From Octopus vulgaris (lineage: Eukaryota), in contig OX597824.1 in assembly GCA_951406725.2 (NCBI GenBank), positions 99,572,001-99,636,000 of the forward strand: a stretch of 64,000 bases of DNA. Reading direction: 5' to 3'. Each line of letters begins with the position of its first letter. Position 1 is the stretch's first letter. The notes beneath the pieces are model-generated. The model saw nothing but the letters and a program-made list of their open reading frames with translations, did no database searches and had not been told where the DNA came from. The translations under genes were made by a program, and so were the position numbers. Below are positions 50,309 through 62,908 of the stretch, one piece after another.

Positions 50309-52089
50309 GTGAGTATCATTCCTGACTTCTCTGCAGAACAATTTCTTTCAATCAGTGAGCTTGGCACTTTTAATAAATGCGTGTGTGAGTGATAAATAAA
50401 CAACAGGCCATTTTTCTTTTGGATGTTAATTTGAGTTAGTATATTGAATCAAGACAGGCTAAGTGGTTATTGTCATTATTTTTTCAATTGGTCTTTTCTG
50501 ATTGAAGGAACTGCATGTATAGCATTTGCAAGTCCACTGAAACGCCTGTGACTGATGTCGGTAAGTTTTCTCTTGAAAAGCTGAAAGTTGATGGCTGCAG
50601 GAAAAACCTGAAATTTGAGAGGAGGACTGAAAATATTGGATAGTGTATTGTTAGTTGTGGTGGTTTGTTGGATGAATAGGGGGTGAGATGAGAGTGTTTG
50701 GGGTGACCAAAGAATGGTGAGCTTCAAGAAGCAGAGATCACTGTAACAGCAGTGGAATAAATAATAGATTGGATTGTTGCAATGTGCAGCTAAGTAGCTC
50801 CATTAGTATGTTTGGTAGGCTGGTGGCCTGTGTTTAACTACAACACTGTCTCAGTGTTGGTGGGTCTGAGGTTTGTAGAGAATTACCATTTTCTGGTTTG
50901 TGAGAAATAAAATCAGTCATTGTGAAACCGTATTTGCTCTGTTGAAGATTTACCATCGCCTGGAGAAAAACTCAGTAAAACGAGGCCCAGTGATTGTGTG
51001 TAGTAACATTGAAGGTTTCTGGTTGTATAGTGTTTAAGTGATAGTGTCTGCTTTGTGTTACTGCTCTTGAAGGGAACGAGTAGCAAGATCCCATTGGAAA
51101 ATATGTAGTCTCTGCTCAATGAGGAGTGGGGTGTGTGGTAGATGGAAGAGTTTCTATTCTATATTCCAGTCATCAACACAAGCACCAGTTTTAACAAGAT
51201 GGCTGATTCCCTTTCAGCATTTTATTCTGTGAATCACTGGTCTTTTGTCATCTCCTTCAGATTAGGTTTCAGTGATTATGGTTCAAATTTTCATCTCTTC
51301 TTTTCCTAGGTCTCCTTCTTCCAAAAATTCCATCCATTTGAAGTGCCCCACAATTCTTTATGCAACTGACATCCTTTATATTAATTACATGTTCACACCT
51401 GGGCAGTCTTCTCTCTCACTCCTTGTATCCAATTCCTCTTAATAGTCGGCCTCTTTTGTCTCGACCCATTTATGCTCCATTGTTTAGGGACACTAATGTT
51501 ACAGATTAACATTATGGAATCTAGTGATGGCATAGGATGACATATCTAATTTAATCTTCATTTAGTTTAAGGATCAAGCTAGACTGGCACTATGAGTAAG
51601 TGTTTAAAATAAAGTCTGGCTGCAAAAATAATACAAAATTGCATTCTCCTTCGATGGAGGTTTTTTAAACTCTTTCCTGCAGCCACTGTCTGCAATCCTT
51701 TCTTTAAGTATATGGTTTATATGTGTATATAAATCTATAGTTTTTGTGTGTATAGAACAGATATCCTTACCAGACTCTTGTCCCCATTCAAAGCGCTACA
51801 AAAAGAACTGAATCAAATTAAGTCAATAATAGAAACACGAACCAGTTAACAAAACCACAACTTTGTAAATACAACATACAGTAAAAAGCAAACAGACCAC
51901 CCAAGTAGGTAAATAAATACACAAGTGTGTATAAAGATATACACACACACACACACACACACACTGTGAACCAAATGCTGTAGTATGAATAGTTTATAAA
52001 CACTATAGATTATACTCAGCTGTTGGCTAACACTTAATAATGATAATAATGGCTTCTTTATTATCCACCAGGGCTCCTACAAAATTGAG

Positions 52090-53060
52090 ATAAAGGACAG
52101 TTATAAAACTAGGAGATTTTGCATGTAAACAAAAACAGCATAGAAAACAAATTTCTCAGTAGAAAGAGAAACTTCCAATTTCCTGGAGAACTGACAAAAG
52201 TACAGTCGTCCTGACCAGTAAAGCAATTCCTCCCTCTCAGCTGTCTTCCCCCAGTCTAAAAGCACATCCACAGAGCCAGCCTGCTCACCATTCTCATCCA
52301 CCTTTCAACAAATCTGCAAGAAGGCAATTTTTCCCTCTTTACAAGTGAAACTTGAAAAAGTTAAGAGCTTAGCCAAATAGGAAAGTGTCTGTGTTCAGCG
52401 CTTTTAATTTTGTCCAGCACAGAACCTCTTTTGCCGGAGCAATCAGACAATAATTACTGCTTGTCCTTCTCTGCTAAAGCAATGCAGTGAGGTAATCTTT
52501 ACAATGGACTTCATTGATAGCCACGTCCATCCTATACATGACCGACAGCAGTTGTTCGACATAACTCCATCAGTCAGCAAGTACGTGCAGATCACTTTCA
52601 TTGCTCCACATACATTAGGGTCAGGCCTGGCCAACAGCACTTCTGTGCCTGTAGAATTTACTCCAAACTGGCTATGCCTACCTGTAGCACTGCCAGGCCA
52701 AGAGTTTTCTTGAAATTGTCAATAGGTTCCAGGCTGAGAGTTCTCCAGAACAGACCATCCAGTTGATTTTCATTTATGCCAAGAGTTTTCTCAAGAGTAT
52801 TGTTGCTTTTGCCTGCAGTTAATCTTTTATAGACTATAAGTGTGGAATTTCTGCCAACTGCATTACTTGACTGGTAAAGGGCTGTGAGCACTTGATGATA
52901 TTCCAGATACCAAGCACCTGTCTTTAATCTTTTCTTGGCCTAGCACTGCAGCTCCATCAAAGAGAAGAGGTGGAGGTTTTCATGGGTAGCTCCTATTTGT
53001 GCATTACTGACCAGAACTGACCAACAAGTATCAACCATTTTGCTGACACCTTGGCCAAAA
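52090..53060 (-). mobile_element. Degenerate non-LTR element 3' region (Tx1/L1-like, tentative)
   Basis: Fragmentary Cys/His motif and FFKFHL...KWMRM C-terminal pattern. Confidence 0.4.
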
Positions 53061-53681
53061 TCTGCACAATGTTTCTGGTTATAAGTAAAATACAAGATGG
53101 ATCATGGACCTGCTAGACTATGACCTTGGGTTAAACAATTTCTAGATATACAGTAGTTGCCCTAATTAACCCAGCACAACTCCTTCCCTTTTCCATATAC
53201 TCACACCACTACCTCTATTGACCAGAGACAGAAAAAAGTGAGAAGAGGTCAGTATGTCATTGACCACCATTGTTTTACAGAATAATTGATGATTGGGGAG
53301 GGTATCTTCTCCACTTCTCTCTACACCCTATCTACAATCTCCATGACTACCACCACAAACACTAATATAAATGTTGTGGATTCAATAATCTAATCTATTG
53401 ATGCTGTGTGGTGGTTGAGGGGTGGGGTGATGATGATGGTAATAGTTACAGTGGTATTGGTGGTGGTGGTGGTGGTGGTGCAGTGGTGCAGTGGTAGACA
53501 CTGTGTCCTGATTTCTTCAGTGAAAGTCTCCCCTGGTTGTCCTCCCCAACCTAAGCCATATACAGAATCAGGCTTCTTACAGAGACAAGAAATATAGTTG
53601 TCATGGTTACATACGGAATTATGATTGTTGTCTTGTTGTTGTTACCATTATCATTTTTTTTTTTTGTCTTTTATTCTTCAG

Positions 53682-53762
53682 CCGTGAAGATTTTCTTCGG
53701 ATCCCTGAACTTGCCATAAACCCTCTTGGAGACAGGATCGTGCACTCGTTCTTTCAGGAAAG
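53682..53762 (+). CDS. CHP1: CHP1 coding exon 3
   Basis: ttcttcag| (C)REDFLRIPELAINPLGDRIVHSFFQE +AG|gtaagg; 81 nt; IPELAINPLGDRI is a CHP hallmark. Confidence 0.97.
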
Positions 53763-55399
53763 GTAAGGACTTGTCTATGGGCCTGGGTTGGATTCAGAGT
53801 GAAGACATTCATATAAATATATGCACATGTATATAATTTTGTGTGTGTGAAAGTGAGCTGACTCATTATGGGCTGACTCATTACTGAGAACAGAATTGAA
53901 TTGTAAAGCTCATGTTGATTGGAACTTCAGTTTCAATCAGTGGCTTATTCAACCATCATTTTATGTCTGATTTTTATTCTTGCATGGGTTAGATGGCTTG
54001 TTGCTCTGACATGAATTGGGGAACTACATTTTGCCTTGGGATTTATTTTTGGTTGGGTTCTATGGTTGGATGTACTTGCTAACCCTAACCACTTCACAGA
54101 GTGCACTGGGGGTGTATTGTCATGGTACCAGCATCAGGGAGATTGCCTCACCATCACCAAGACTAATGAAGTATGTGTTACTGTGGCACCAGCAGTGAGA
54201 AATAATCTTTGACTAAGTGCTGAACAACTTTTGTATGATGGAAGAAAACCGGACAGGAAGCTGATAGAAATATGGCCCCTTGGTCATGTGATCATAGGGT
54301 TGTGTGTGTAATGACTTTTCTACTGGTTTAGACAATGTATGGTATATTGAGTGAATATTTTCTACCATAACCTTGGGTTAACCAATGTGTTGTGAATGGA
54401 AACTGTGCAGAAGCTTATCAGTGACTGATGGCACAGAGAGGAGATGATTGATGGAAACAGGGAACAAGGAAGATAAAAAAAAAATGGAAGGTTTTTTTTT
54501 TTTTGGTGGAACTATTCTGCTCTCAGGTAATTACAATAGCCGAGTAATACCATAGATAGAGAAATAATGAGTGACTGGTGGGGTGGGGTGAGATGTAGAG
54601 GAAATGGTTGATGGAAAGAAAGGGTGTGGGGTAGAATCTTGCACATACAAGCATTTCTAAGGTGGATTTAGGATATCAGTTCTTCTGTGATGGACTGGTC
54701 TTCTTGAGTACAGCGAAACACCAGTCATATACGTATACACACACACACAGTGGCACCAGTGCTAGAGTGTTGTGCCATCAGCAACCCTAAACAGTCCTCT
54801 CACCTCTCTGCTGTGTTTCTGCTTGATTCACCAACCATTTTCCAAAGAGTGCCAAATGTCATTTCTCCTTTCCCCAGCTCTTGTGAGATCACCTTGCATT
54901 CGGTAAGAGTAAAGAGTTTCGGCTCAGACTGAAAGAGAAGAGAATGATGACAAATGCAGAGGCATTTTAGGAGGAAGATGTGAAATTATGATGGCTGGAA
55001 TAGAATTCATTAGTGAGAGAGAGAGTTACAGTAGAAAGAATGCAGGAGAGTAGCGGGGGGTGGGGGCAGAGAAAGGCAGTAGTGTTAAGAGGGTGAGTGA
55101 ATGATGAATAACCATAGTGATGGGTAATGGGAGGAGAGAGAGAGAGAGATTTATAGCCATCATAAATGACCTGCAAGAAGGAATGGTGGCTGACAGAAGT
55201 GTGGTGAAGCAAAAGACAATCTCAGTCTTTTTACAAAGAAAGCGAGTGAGTGAGATGAGAGTGAATAAGGAGAGATTCCCTCCCGTCACCTTTCTATGAG
55301 ATGCTGGAGCTGTATGATAGAGAGAAATCTGAAAAGGTATTGAGGAGCCATGCGAGTCCAGAAAGACAGCTTGAAAGATGTGATTCAGGTGGAGAGTGA

Positions 55400-55920
55400 G
55401 GAGCCAAGGATGAGCAAGGGAATCCCCTCCATCACTGCCCTCCACCAATCGCATTTTAGGGTTCTCTTTGCTTACATCTTCTCGAGCACTGTATGTCTCT
55501 AATCCTTCCATTCTTCCATCGTTTCTTTCCTGAAACTCAGCATCTTCATAGCTTTCACCACTTTGTTCCATGTTCTTTTTAGTGATCTTCTTTCTCTGGT
55601 TCCATCCACTTGCAGTGTATGGTGCTTTTTTTTTATAGACCCCTCTCATCAGCCATACACACCACATCCTCACAGGTACAGCTTTCTTGTACACTAATCA
55701 AATTCCTCTTTGATTTATCTCTCTGTTCATCCTGTGCTCCATCATTCATCTACATCAACCACATCACTTCTCTTTGTTTGCAAATTCTTCACATTCAAGG
55801 CCCACATTTCACTGCCATGCTGTATCATGCTTTGTACATGTCATAAAATTTGCCTTTTGCTCTGAGGAAGAAGCCCTTTGTTTAAAGCAAACGTAACGAC
55901 TCCTTAAATTTTTTTTCCAA
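55400..55920 (-). mobile_element. Degenerate RTE-clade LINE 3' fragment
   Basis: LRAKGKFYD... region and a degraded RTE-type C-terminus. Confidence 0.55.
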
Positions 55921-56489
55921 TTTGTTTTAACTCAGAAAAACTATATTTATGAAACCTCCACTTCCCCGCTCTCCTTGCAAATCAGGTCAGCTTCTTGAGA
56001 AGCATCTGGACATTTGAAAGAATCTGTTGTGAATTCTCTTCTTGCTTAAGACCTCTCTCTACTTACCGCTTATGGAGATTCTCTTTTAGCCTGCTTTTGC
56101 TGCCACAGTACCTCTCACTCCTTTTCTACTAATGAAACAAAACCATTTCCATAATGGCAGCAAAGAATTGTCTTACAAACACTTTAGTCTTTGCTAAGTT
56201 TTCTGTAAGGCTCTTTTAATTCCAGATTTTGCTTCTGTGTCTGAAATTTCTTCAAATTTTCTAGATGTAAATATTTGTGTGTGTGTGTGAGACCTACCGG
56301 TGTATACTTGTCTAAAATTGGATTTTGCTTTTTTGTCCAAGAGTAACTTAAAAGTTTTCTAAAGTAAATTCTGAATTGAAAAAAAATGTACTGACTAAAA
56401 AAACCATTATTGCTTGTGCCCCAGCTTGGCCATAGTATAATCACCTAAATCCATGTAATCTAATATACTTACTATCTTTCTGTTTGTAG

Positions 56490-56602
56490 TAATGAAGAGA
56501 CGGTGAACTTTCGACAGTTTATGCGTGTTTTGGCCCGATTCCGACCAACAAAGACAAAACTGGAGAGAAACAAACTCAACTCCAGAGAAGAAAAGTTAAG
56601 AT
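56490..56602 (+). CDS. CHP1: CHP1 coding exon 4
   Basis: tttgtag| (S)NEETVNFRQFMRVLARFRPTKTKLERNKLNSREEKLR +T|gtgagt; 113 nt. Confidence 0.96.
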
Positions 56603-56857
56603 GTGAGTTTTTCTTTTGTGTCTGTATTCTAAGATGGAGATAATGAGCATTTGGTGTGTTCACTCGACTCTGAAACCAGTTTATAGTCATCCTGGGTTTA
56701 TTGTTTGCTTCATTCTTTTCTATAAATTGATTTCAGCTAAGAATACTAATGTAGCATGTGTGTTAATAGTGAACTGGGATTGAGTTCACCTGATGGGAAT
56801 ATAATATATTGCTTGAGAACTTTTGTTTACATGATAATGTTGTGATTGATACATAGT

Positions 56858-57184
56858 CGTGGCACTCTGTCGGTTACGACAACAAGTGTTCCAGTTGATC
56901 TAATCGACGGAACAGCCTGCTCGTGAAATTAACATGCAAGTGGCTGAGATTCAGTGTGACACAGTGTGTGACAAGGCTGGCCCTTTGAAATACAGGTACA
57001 ACAGAAACAGGAAGAAAGAGTGAGAGAAAGTTGTGGTGAAAGAGTACAACAGGGTTTGCCACTACCCCCTACTGGAGCCTTGTAGAGCTTTAGGTGTTTT
57101 CACTCAATAAACACTCACAACGCCCGGTCTGTGAATCGAAACTGCGAGTCCTCTGTCCTAATCACTGGGACATTGCATCTCTAC
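56858..57184 (-). mobile_element. tRNA-derived SINE with the same head as 30201-30381 but a different tail
   Basis: 57004-57184 aligns by eye with 30201-30381; 56858-57003 does not match 30092-30200. Confidence 0.75.
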
Positions 57185-57562
57185 AATACATAGTAGCGTG
57201 GTATGTGATATAGTGTTATGAGCATTACATAGGTATGTGCTAGTGTTTGTACAGTGTCTCAGCTACAGTGTGTGCTCCAGTGTTGTACCTCTTCTATAAT
57301 TGTATGGTGACCTGTTGTAGTGTCTTGATTGATATGCTGCAGTGTTCAGGCTGCTGTCATGTAGTGACATAGAAGGACTTGTTAGCTGGCCAGCTATTGT
57401 CACTGATATCTATTGATGTCTGCAAGAAGAACCTAACAGGAGAGAGTACTTCATATAGCAACCATGTGAACTCTGATCTGGCATAGTAAATACATCCAAG
57501 GACCAGATAGTGGTGTTCAACCAGGATGATGTTTGTCCTCTTTGGAGTTATTCAGTTTATAA

Positions 57563-58400
57563 TTGGACTTTGCCAAAGCTTTTGACTCGGTAGACCACCG
57601 CCTATTACTTGTCAAGCTTCAAGCATATAGTTTCTATCCGGATATTGTACGATGGGTTGGTGCCTTCCTCTCAGATCGCTCCTTCCAAGTCCAAGTTAAT
57701 GGTTCGCTGTCCGACGTCTCCAGTGCGAGCAGTGGCGTGCCTCAAGGTTCAGTGCTTGGGCCCTTATCGTTCTTAGTCTTCATAAATGACTTGCCCGACG
57801 ACCTCACGCAACACACCCTTCTGACACACCGATGATGTCAAACTGGTCGCTCCTCGCGGTGATATAGATGATCTTCGTCGATGCCTCCACCAAATTTGGA
57901 GATGGTCTAAAGAATGGAACCTATGTCTGAACGTGTCAAAGTGCTGTCATCTGCCTGTTGGCTCTTCTCCTACAACTCAACTTGATTTCGAGCTGGGTCG
58001 TCTGCTGCTGGAGAGGACCGACCAGGTAAAGGATCTGGGTATCTTGGTGGATTCTTCCTTTTCACCTTCGGCCCAGTGCGTCCATGCTGCCAACAAAGCA
58101 CGCAGAGTTCTGTTTTTGATTCAACGGTCATTCGGTATGCTCACAGCAGCCATATTCCTACCGCTCTATGTCACGCTGGTGAGACCCATATTGGAGTACG
58201 GGATTCAAGCCTCTTCTCCTTATCTCCTCAAAGACATACATCATCCTGGTGAGACCCATATTGGAGTACGGGATTCAAGCCTCTTCTCCTTATCTCCTCA
58301 AAGACATACATCACCCTGTACATAACTCCATGTCCCCCTACATGGCCTTGCTTTTTGCTTTTTGAGCCCAAAAATTAACTTAATTTAACTTAACTAATAA
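57563..58400 (+). mobile_element. CR1-like LINE RT fragment with internal 68-bp duplication and (TTAAC)n tail
   Basis: DFAKAFDSVDH, SGVPQGSVLGP, INDLP, KDLGILVD, LVRPILEYG; ends about 80 nt before CHP1 exon 5. Confidence 0.9.
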
Positions 58401-58480
58401 TGATGTTTTTTGATTTTTCTGTAGCCATTGTTTTGTCTCCAAAAATTACAGAAATATTTTATGCATTATTTCTCTTTTAG

Positions 58481-58584
58481 TTGCATTCAAAATGTATGAT
58501 TTGGATGGTGACAGCAAAATTTCACGAGAAGAACTTTTGGCAGTGTTGCATATGATGGTAGGAACTAACATTTCAGAAGATCAG
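58481..58584 (+). CDS. CHP1: CHP1 coding exon 5 (EF-hand 3)
   Basis: ctcttttag| (F)AFKMYDLDGDSKISREELLAVLHMMVGTNISEDQ|gtaaga; 104 nt. Confidence 0.97.
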
Positions 58585-60121
58585 GTAAGATTTACATAAT
58601 TATCAAACTGTTATCAGCCTGCGGATCTACAGGTCATAGGTTCCCTCCCTTGTCATATCACAACAGTTGTTAGGATCGTAGTTGCAGCTACTTCTGCTTG
58701 TGTATAATGATTTGTAGCTCAATTTTTGGTTGACTTTTAATGCAGAAGACACTCAGCCTTGGTTTTGTGTAATGATAATATAATGAGGTGTCTCCATTCT
58801 TCTAAATTTCTTTGGATTGATTATTTCTCAATGTAAAGATAAAATACCAGAAAAAAACCCCCAACTTTAATGAAACCATGGCAAGGGCAATCCATTGAGG
58901 TAAATGGCAGAGAATATTATTTAGTCATGTCCTCAATATATGTCACTCAGGACACTACCTCATGACGGTCATTTCCCCTACAACTGTGTGCTGTCGTCGG
59001 TTGACATGCTACAGAACTAGTCTGGGAAGCTTTTAATACCACCTCATAATAATAAATATAATGTTAATAATTTCTTTAATAACCATGAAGGTTCCGAGAA
59101 TATAAAGACGGGTAAAAACAATGGAGGTGAGTGCCACATATGGAAAGGGAGAATAAAAACGAGTAACAAGAACATTCTAACAAACAAGATAACCCAGTAA
59201 GGTCAATTAAGAAAACCCCACAAAGCCTCGATCATGACCATCAAAGGCAACTATCCTCTCCAACATCCTATTTCCCAACCTATGCTTCATGCTCAGAGTA
59301 TGTCTTTACCATTTTGCTACTCACATTTGCCTTTCAAAGAATTTGTTGAGCATGAGTGGGCTGTACTGTTCCCGCTAAGTGAAGTTTGGGTTAAGTTGAT
59401 GATGGTGTTGCCAGACTCTCTGCCTTCTTCAGTGTTTTGAATCTCATCTAACACAACTTCTTTTGTCCTCACCATCAGACAGAAGAAAACTGTCTGCTTT
59501 TCTGGGCCATAGGAAGGTAATGGGGAGTGAGGAACTCTGTGGATGGCTTAGACTTTGAATGTGTACAAAACTTTATCATTCTGCACACATTTCAGACATG
59601 GCACTTCTCTGCCATTTCTCCAGAAGCTCTGTCAGGTCAGGGATGTCTGCAAATTGTCCATAGCTTCTTAGACTAAAAGCTGTCCATAACAATTACTTCT
59701 GATATTAATGCAAGGTCTGAAATTTTGTGGGAGAATAAGGATTAGTCAGTTAAATCAACCTGGACTTGGTGTTTTATTTTATTAACCCCACAGGAATGAA
59801 AAGCTAAGTTGACCTTCGCCAGATTTGAACTCAGAATGTAAAAATCCATTATTAAATTCCATAAGACATTTTGCTTGATACTTTAACAATTGTGCCATCC
59901 ATCCACCATTCCCAATAATAATAATTTGATTATTAACTACAAGGGAGACATAATGAGAAAGTATTAAAAGTGGCAGTGGGGGGGGCTGTCAAGTAATGGG
60001 ATGAAAGCTAGGATTATGGTTTAATAAATTGTTGTGTAGGAAAAGACAAGTCTCCAATGAAGACATGTACAGTGATGATGATGATGATGATGATTTGTTT
60101 TACCTCCTCTTCTTCTTTTAG

Positions 60122-60202
60122 CTGGAAAGTATTGCTGACCGAACAATTGCTGAGGCTGACACTGATGGAGACAGACACATCTCTTTTCCAGAATTTCAAA
60201 CC
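60122..60202 (+). CDS. CHP1: CHP1 coding exon 6 (EF-hand 4)
   Basis: ttcttttag|LESIADRTIAEADTDGDRHISFPEFQT|gtaagt; 81 nt. Confidence 0.96.
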
Positions 60203-61077
60203 GTAAGTTCCATTATTGTTTCTATGTGTGGGACGCTAAATGATGATGATGATGATGTGTGTGTGTGAGCTGATGATGCAGCAGGTGATGGGGATGTGCA
60301 TAAAAGACGGATGGATGCCACCTGTAATCACTCATCTCTCTTGCAGATTCACATGCAGTCATTTTATCATGTTTCATTCCAGCCTGTCTCTGCCATAAAG
60401 TTGGCATTTAAGCTGTTTCACGAGAGGGCCATGTTCTGGGTCTAATGTTAGTGCAGAGTTCAGCAAGTGTGAGGCTGTTGGATAAAAGTCTGATGAGAAG
60501 AGATGGGAAGGGGGGGAGGGCATAAGACAAATCAACTCCAAGGAACAGAAGAGAGAGGAGACAGGCACACTCCAGCCTTTCTTTGGTTCACAGATGTCTT
60601 TTGAGGAACAGAAGCCGTTTAATAGCAGTAGATGAGAGAGAGAAGACGGTGCATCTAAAGTGTGTCTTTGAGGGACAGAGGCCATTTAACAGTGGTAGAC
60701 AAGAGAGAAGACAGTATGTCTGTGGACGAGAGGCTGGAATGTGTCTTTAAATGACTTTATCAGTTGATTAACCTTGCTCAGGATGTGCTTTAGAATGTTC
60801 CATCCCAAATGTGAAAGAAGTTCTTCATTTTGGTCTCCACCTGAACTTTGTTGGCAGATGGAAGTATCTTCTGGCCTCAAAAGGAAGACTCAGTTATTGG
60901 GATGTGATCCTATGTTAAAAATGTACTTTCACTAGGAGAGATTCTGGCTGAAACAGGGACTCAACACAGTGACTCTCAGGACTCTGGTTGAGTGTTGTTC
61001 ATGTGAGAGGGATACAATGATGTTACCTTGATATGAGTAGTGCTTCTGTTTACACACACACACACACACACATAATT

Positions 61078-61445
61078 ATCATCATCATTATCATTTAACG
61101 TCTGCTTTCCATGCTGGCATGGGTTGGACGGTTTGACTGAGGATTGGCAAGCTAGATGTCTGCACCAGGCTCCAATCCAATCTGGCAATGTTTCTACGGC
61201 TGGATATCCTTCCTAACACCAACCACTTCGAGAGTGTAGTGGGTGATTTTTTTTTACATGCCACTGGCATGAGGGTCACTCAGGTGGTACTGGCATCGGC
61301 CACATTTGAATGGTGCTTTCTATGTGCCAGGCAGACAGCATTGGCATTGACTACGCTCGAATGGTGCTTTTTACGTGCCACTGGCACAGGAGCCAGTCAG
61401 GTGGCACTGGCAACAATCACCCTCAAATGGTGCTTTTTACTTGTA
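61078..61445 (-). mobile_element. RTE-tail/SINE repeat copy with internal tandem subunits (about 60 nt)
   Basis: Same core plus three tggtgcttttt..gtgcca units. Confidence 0.75.
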
Positions 61446-61589
61446 TAATGTACATAATGTATATACTCCTTCTCCTTGCCATCACCACTGTTACCTTCAA
61501 CAAGTATATCCACTCACCACCGTCTTATCATTGCCTTCATTTCTTTCTACTCGCTGCAATATCTCCAGTGTATATGTATATCCCAAAAG

Positions 61590-62650
61590 TAAAGCAAAAG
61601 TGGGCATCACTTTCTTTGAAGTGACATAGGTTGTTCAGATTGTACAGATTGGTGAGGGTCACTCTTTCACCAGTCCAAGTTATTAGACAACCTAATCTCC
61701 ATTGTTGCAAATTCCATCGTTTGTGCCATCATTGAACCCAACCCTCAAATTTTCTTGAAAATATCCAGATGTGCACTGGTACATCCACTTCTTCGCAGCT
61801 ACTTTCACTTTATCTATGAGATCAAATCATTGTCCCAAAGAGTGTCCTTCATTGGACTAAACAGGTGAAAGTTGGAGGACACCAGATCCAGCCTGTACTA
61901 CAGTAGATGGAGGTGGGGTGGGGGGCACCACTGACCAACCCAATTTGCTGATCTTCTGATTTCTTGCCAAAGATATTGTCATGGTGAATGCAGAGCCTTT
62001 AAGTTATTTCAGTTCCTCAATGTATCATTCACTGTTCACAGTACAATCATGTTCAAGCGAATGAAAAATGGTTCCACTGTACACCATGCAGGTTTTCATG
62101 CCATTCCATGGACTGATCCACCATTTCTGGCTCATAAAGATACGCCTATGTTTCATCCGCTGTCACCAGATCAGAAGGAAAAAGTCTTCTCTGGCTTCAG
62201 ATGCTTCCTGCAGATTAGAGCAGACTTCTGCTCTTCTCTCCTTCAAATCAAGAGTCAACTGTCAACGTACCCTCTTTACACACGTACACTTTCTGGTACC
62301 CAAAGTCTTCCATCATCTTCTGTAATGCAGGATGTCCACTGTGCAGTGGTGCTGCCATCTTGTGGTTTGTGACTCAATTCGTCCAATGACTGACAAGTCA
62401 TGTCAACGGTCACAGATGATGCTCTCCCATTTGTCTTCAAGTCTGGTTTCCTCTTCTTTAAACTTTTTATCCATTGATGCATATTACTCTTGTCAATGGT
62501 GTCGTCTCTATAGCCTTCTCTGGATGTTGGACAGCATGTGATCCTTTGGGAACTTGATGATGGCGCATTGCTTCTGCTTGGAACCATTATTTGCCTTCAA
62601 TAAAGAATAATAGGAAGAAGGGTTACTCTACCAATACGTGCAAGTTGAAT
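61590..62650 (-). mobile_element. Degenerate mariner transposon
   Basis: WVP motif, degraded TGDET-like and YSPDLAPSDFHLF-like segments across frameshifts. Confidence 0.65.
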
Positions 62651-62854
62651 GACCTGTGGTCTGTGAATATAAAAAGTTCTAACCACTTTTGTATTATTTT
62701 CAGGACAAGATTTGTATGTGCGCTCGTGTGTGTGTATACATACATCGCCCCCCCCCCCCACTATCATCTTATCATTCCTCTCATGTTTGTCTGTTCCCCT
62801 TCCCTATCCTCACTCTCCAGATTATTTATTTCTTTTTTCCTCTTTCTTCCACAG

Positions 62855-62908
62855 GTGATGGAATTAGTTGATGTTGAACAGAAGATGAGTATCCGATTCC
62901 TGCACTGA
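62855..62908 (+). CDS. CHP1: CHP1 last coding exon
   Basis: ttccacag|VMELVDVEQKMSIRFLH*; the DVEQKMSIRFLH end is typical of CHP1. Exons total 573 nt = 190 aa + stop. Confidence 0.97.
   Translation: MMELVDVEQKMSIRFLH

Noticed and set aside
55026-55694. 222-aa ORF, longest in the track
   Set aside because: Frameshifted RTE remnant plus low-complexity sequence, antisense within a CHP1 intron.
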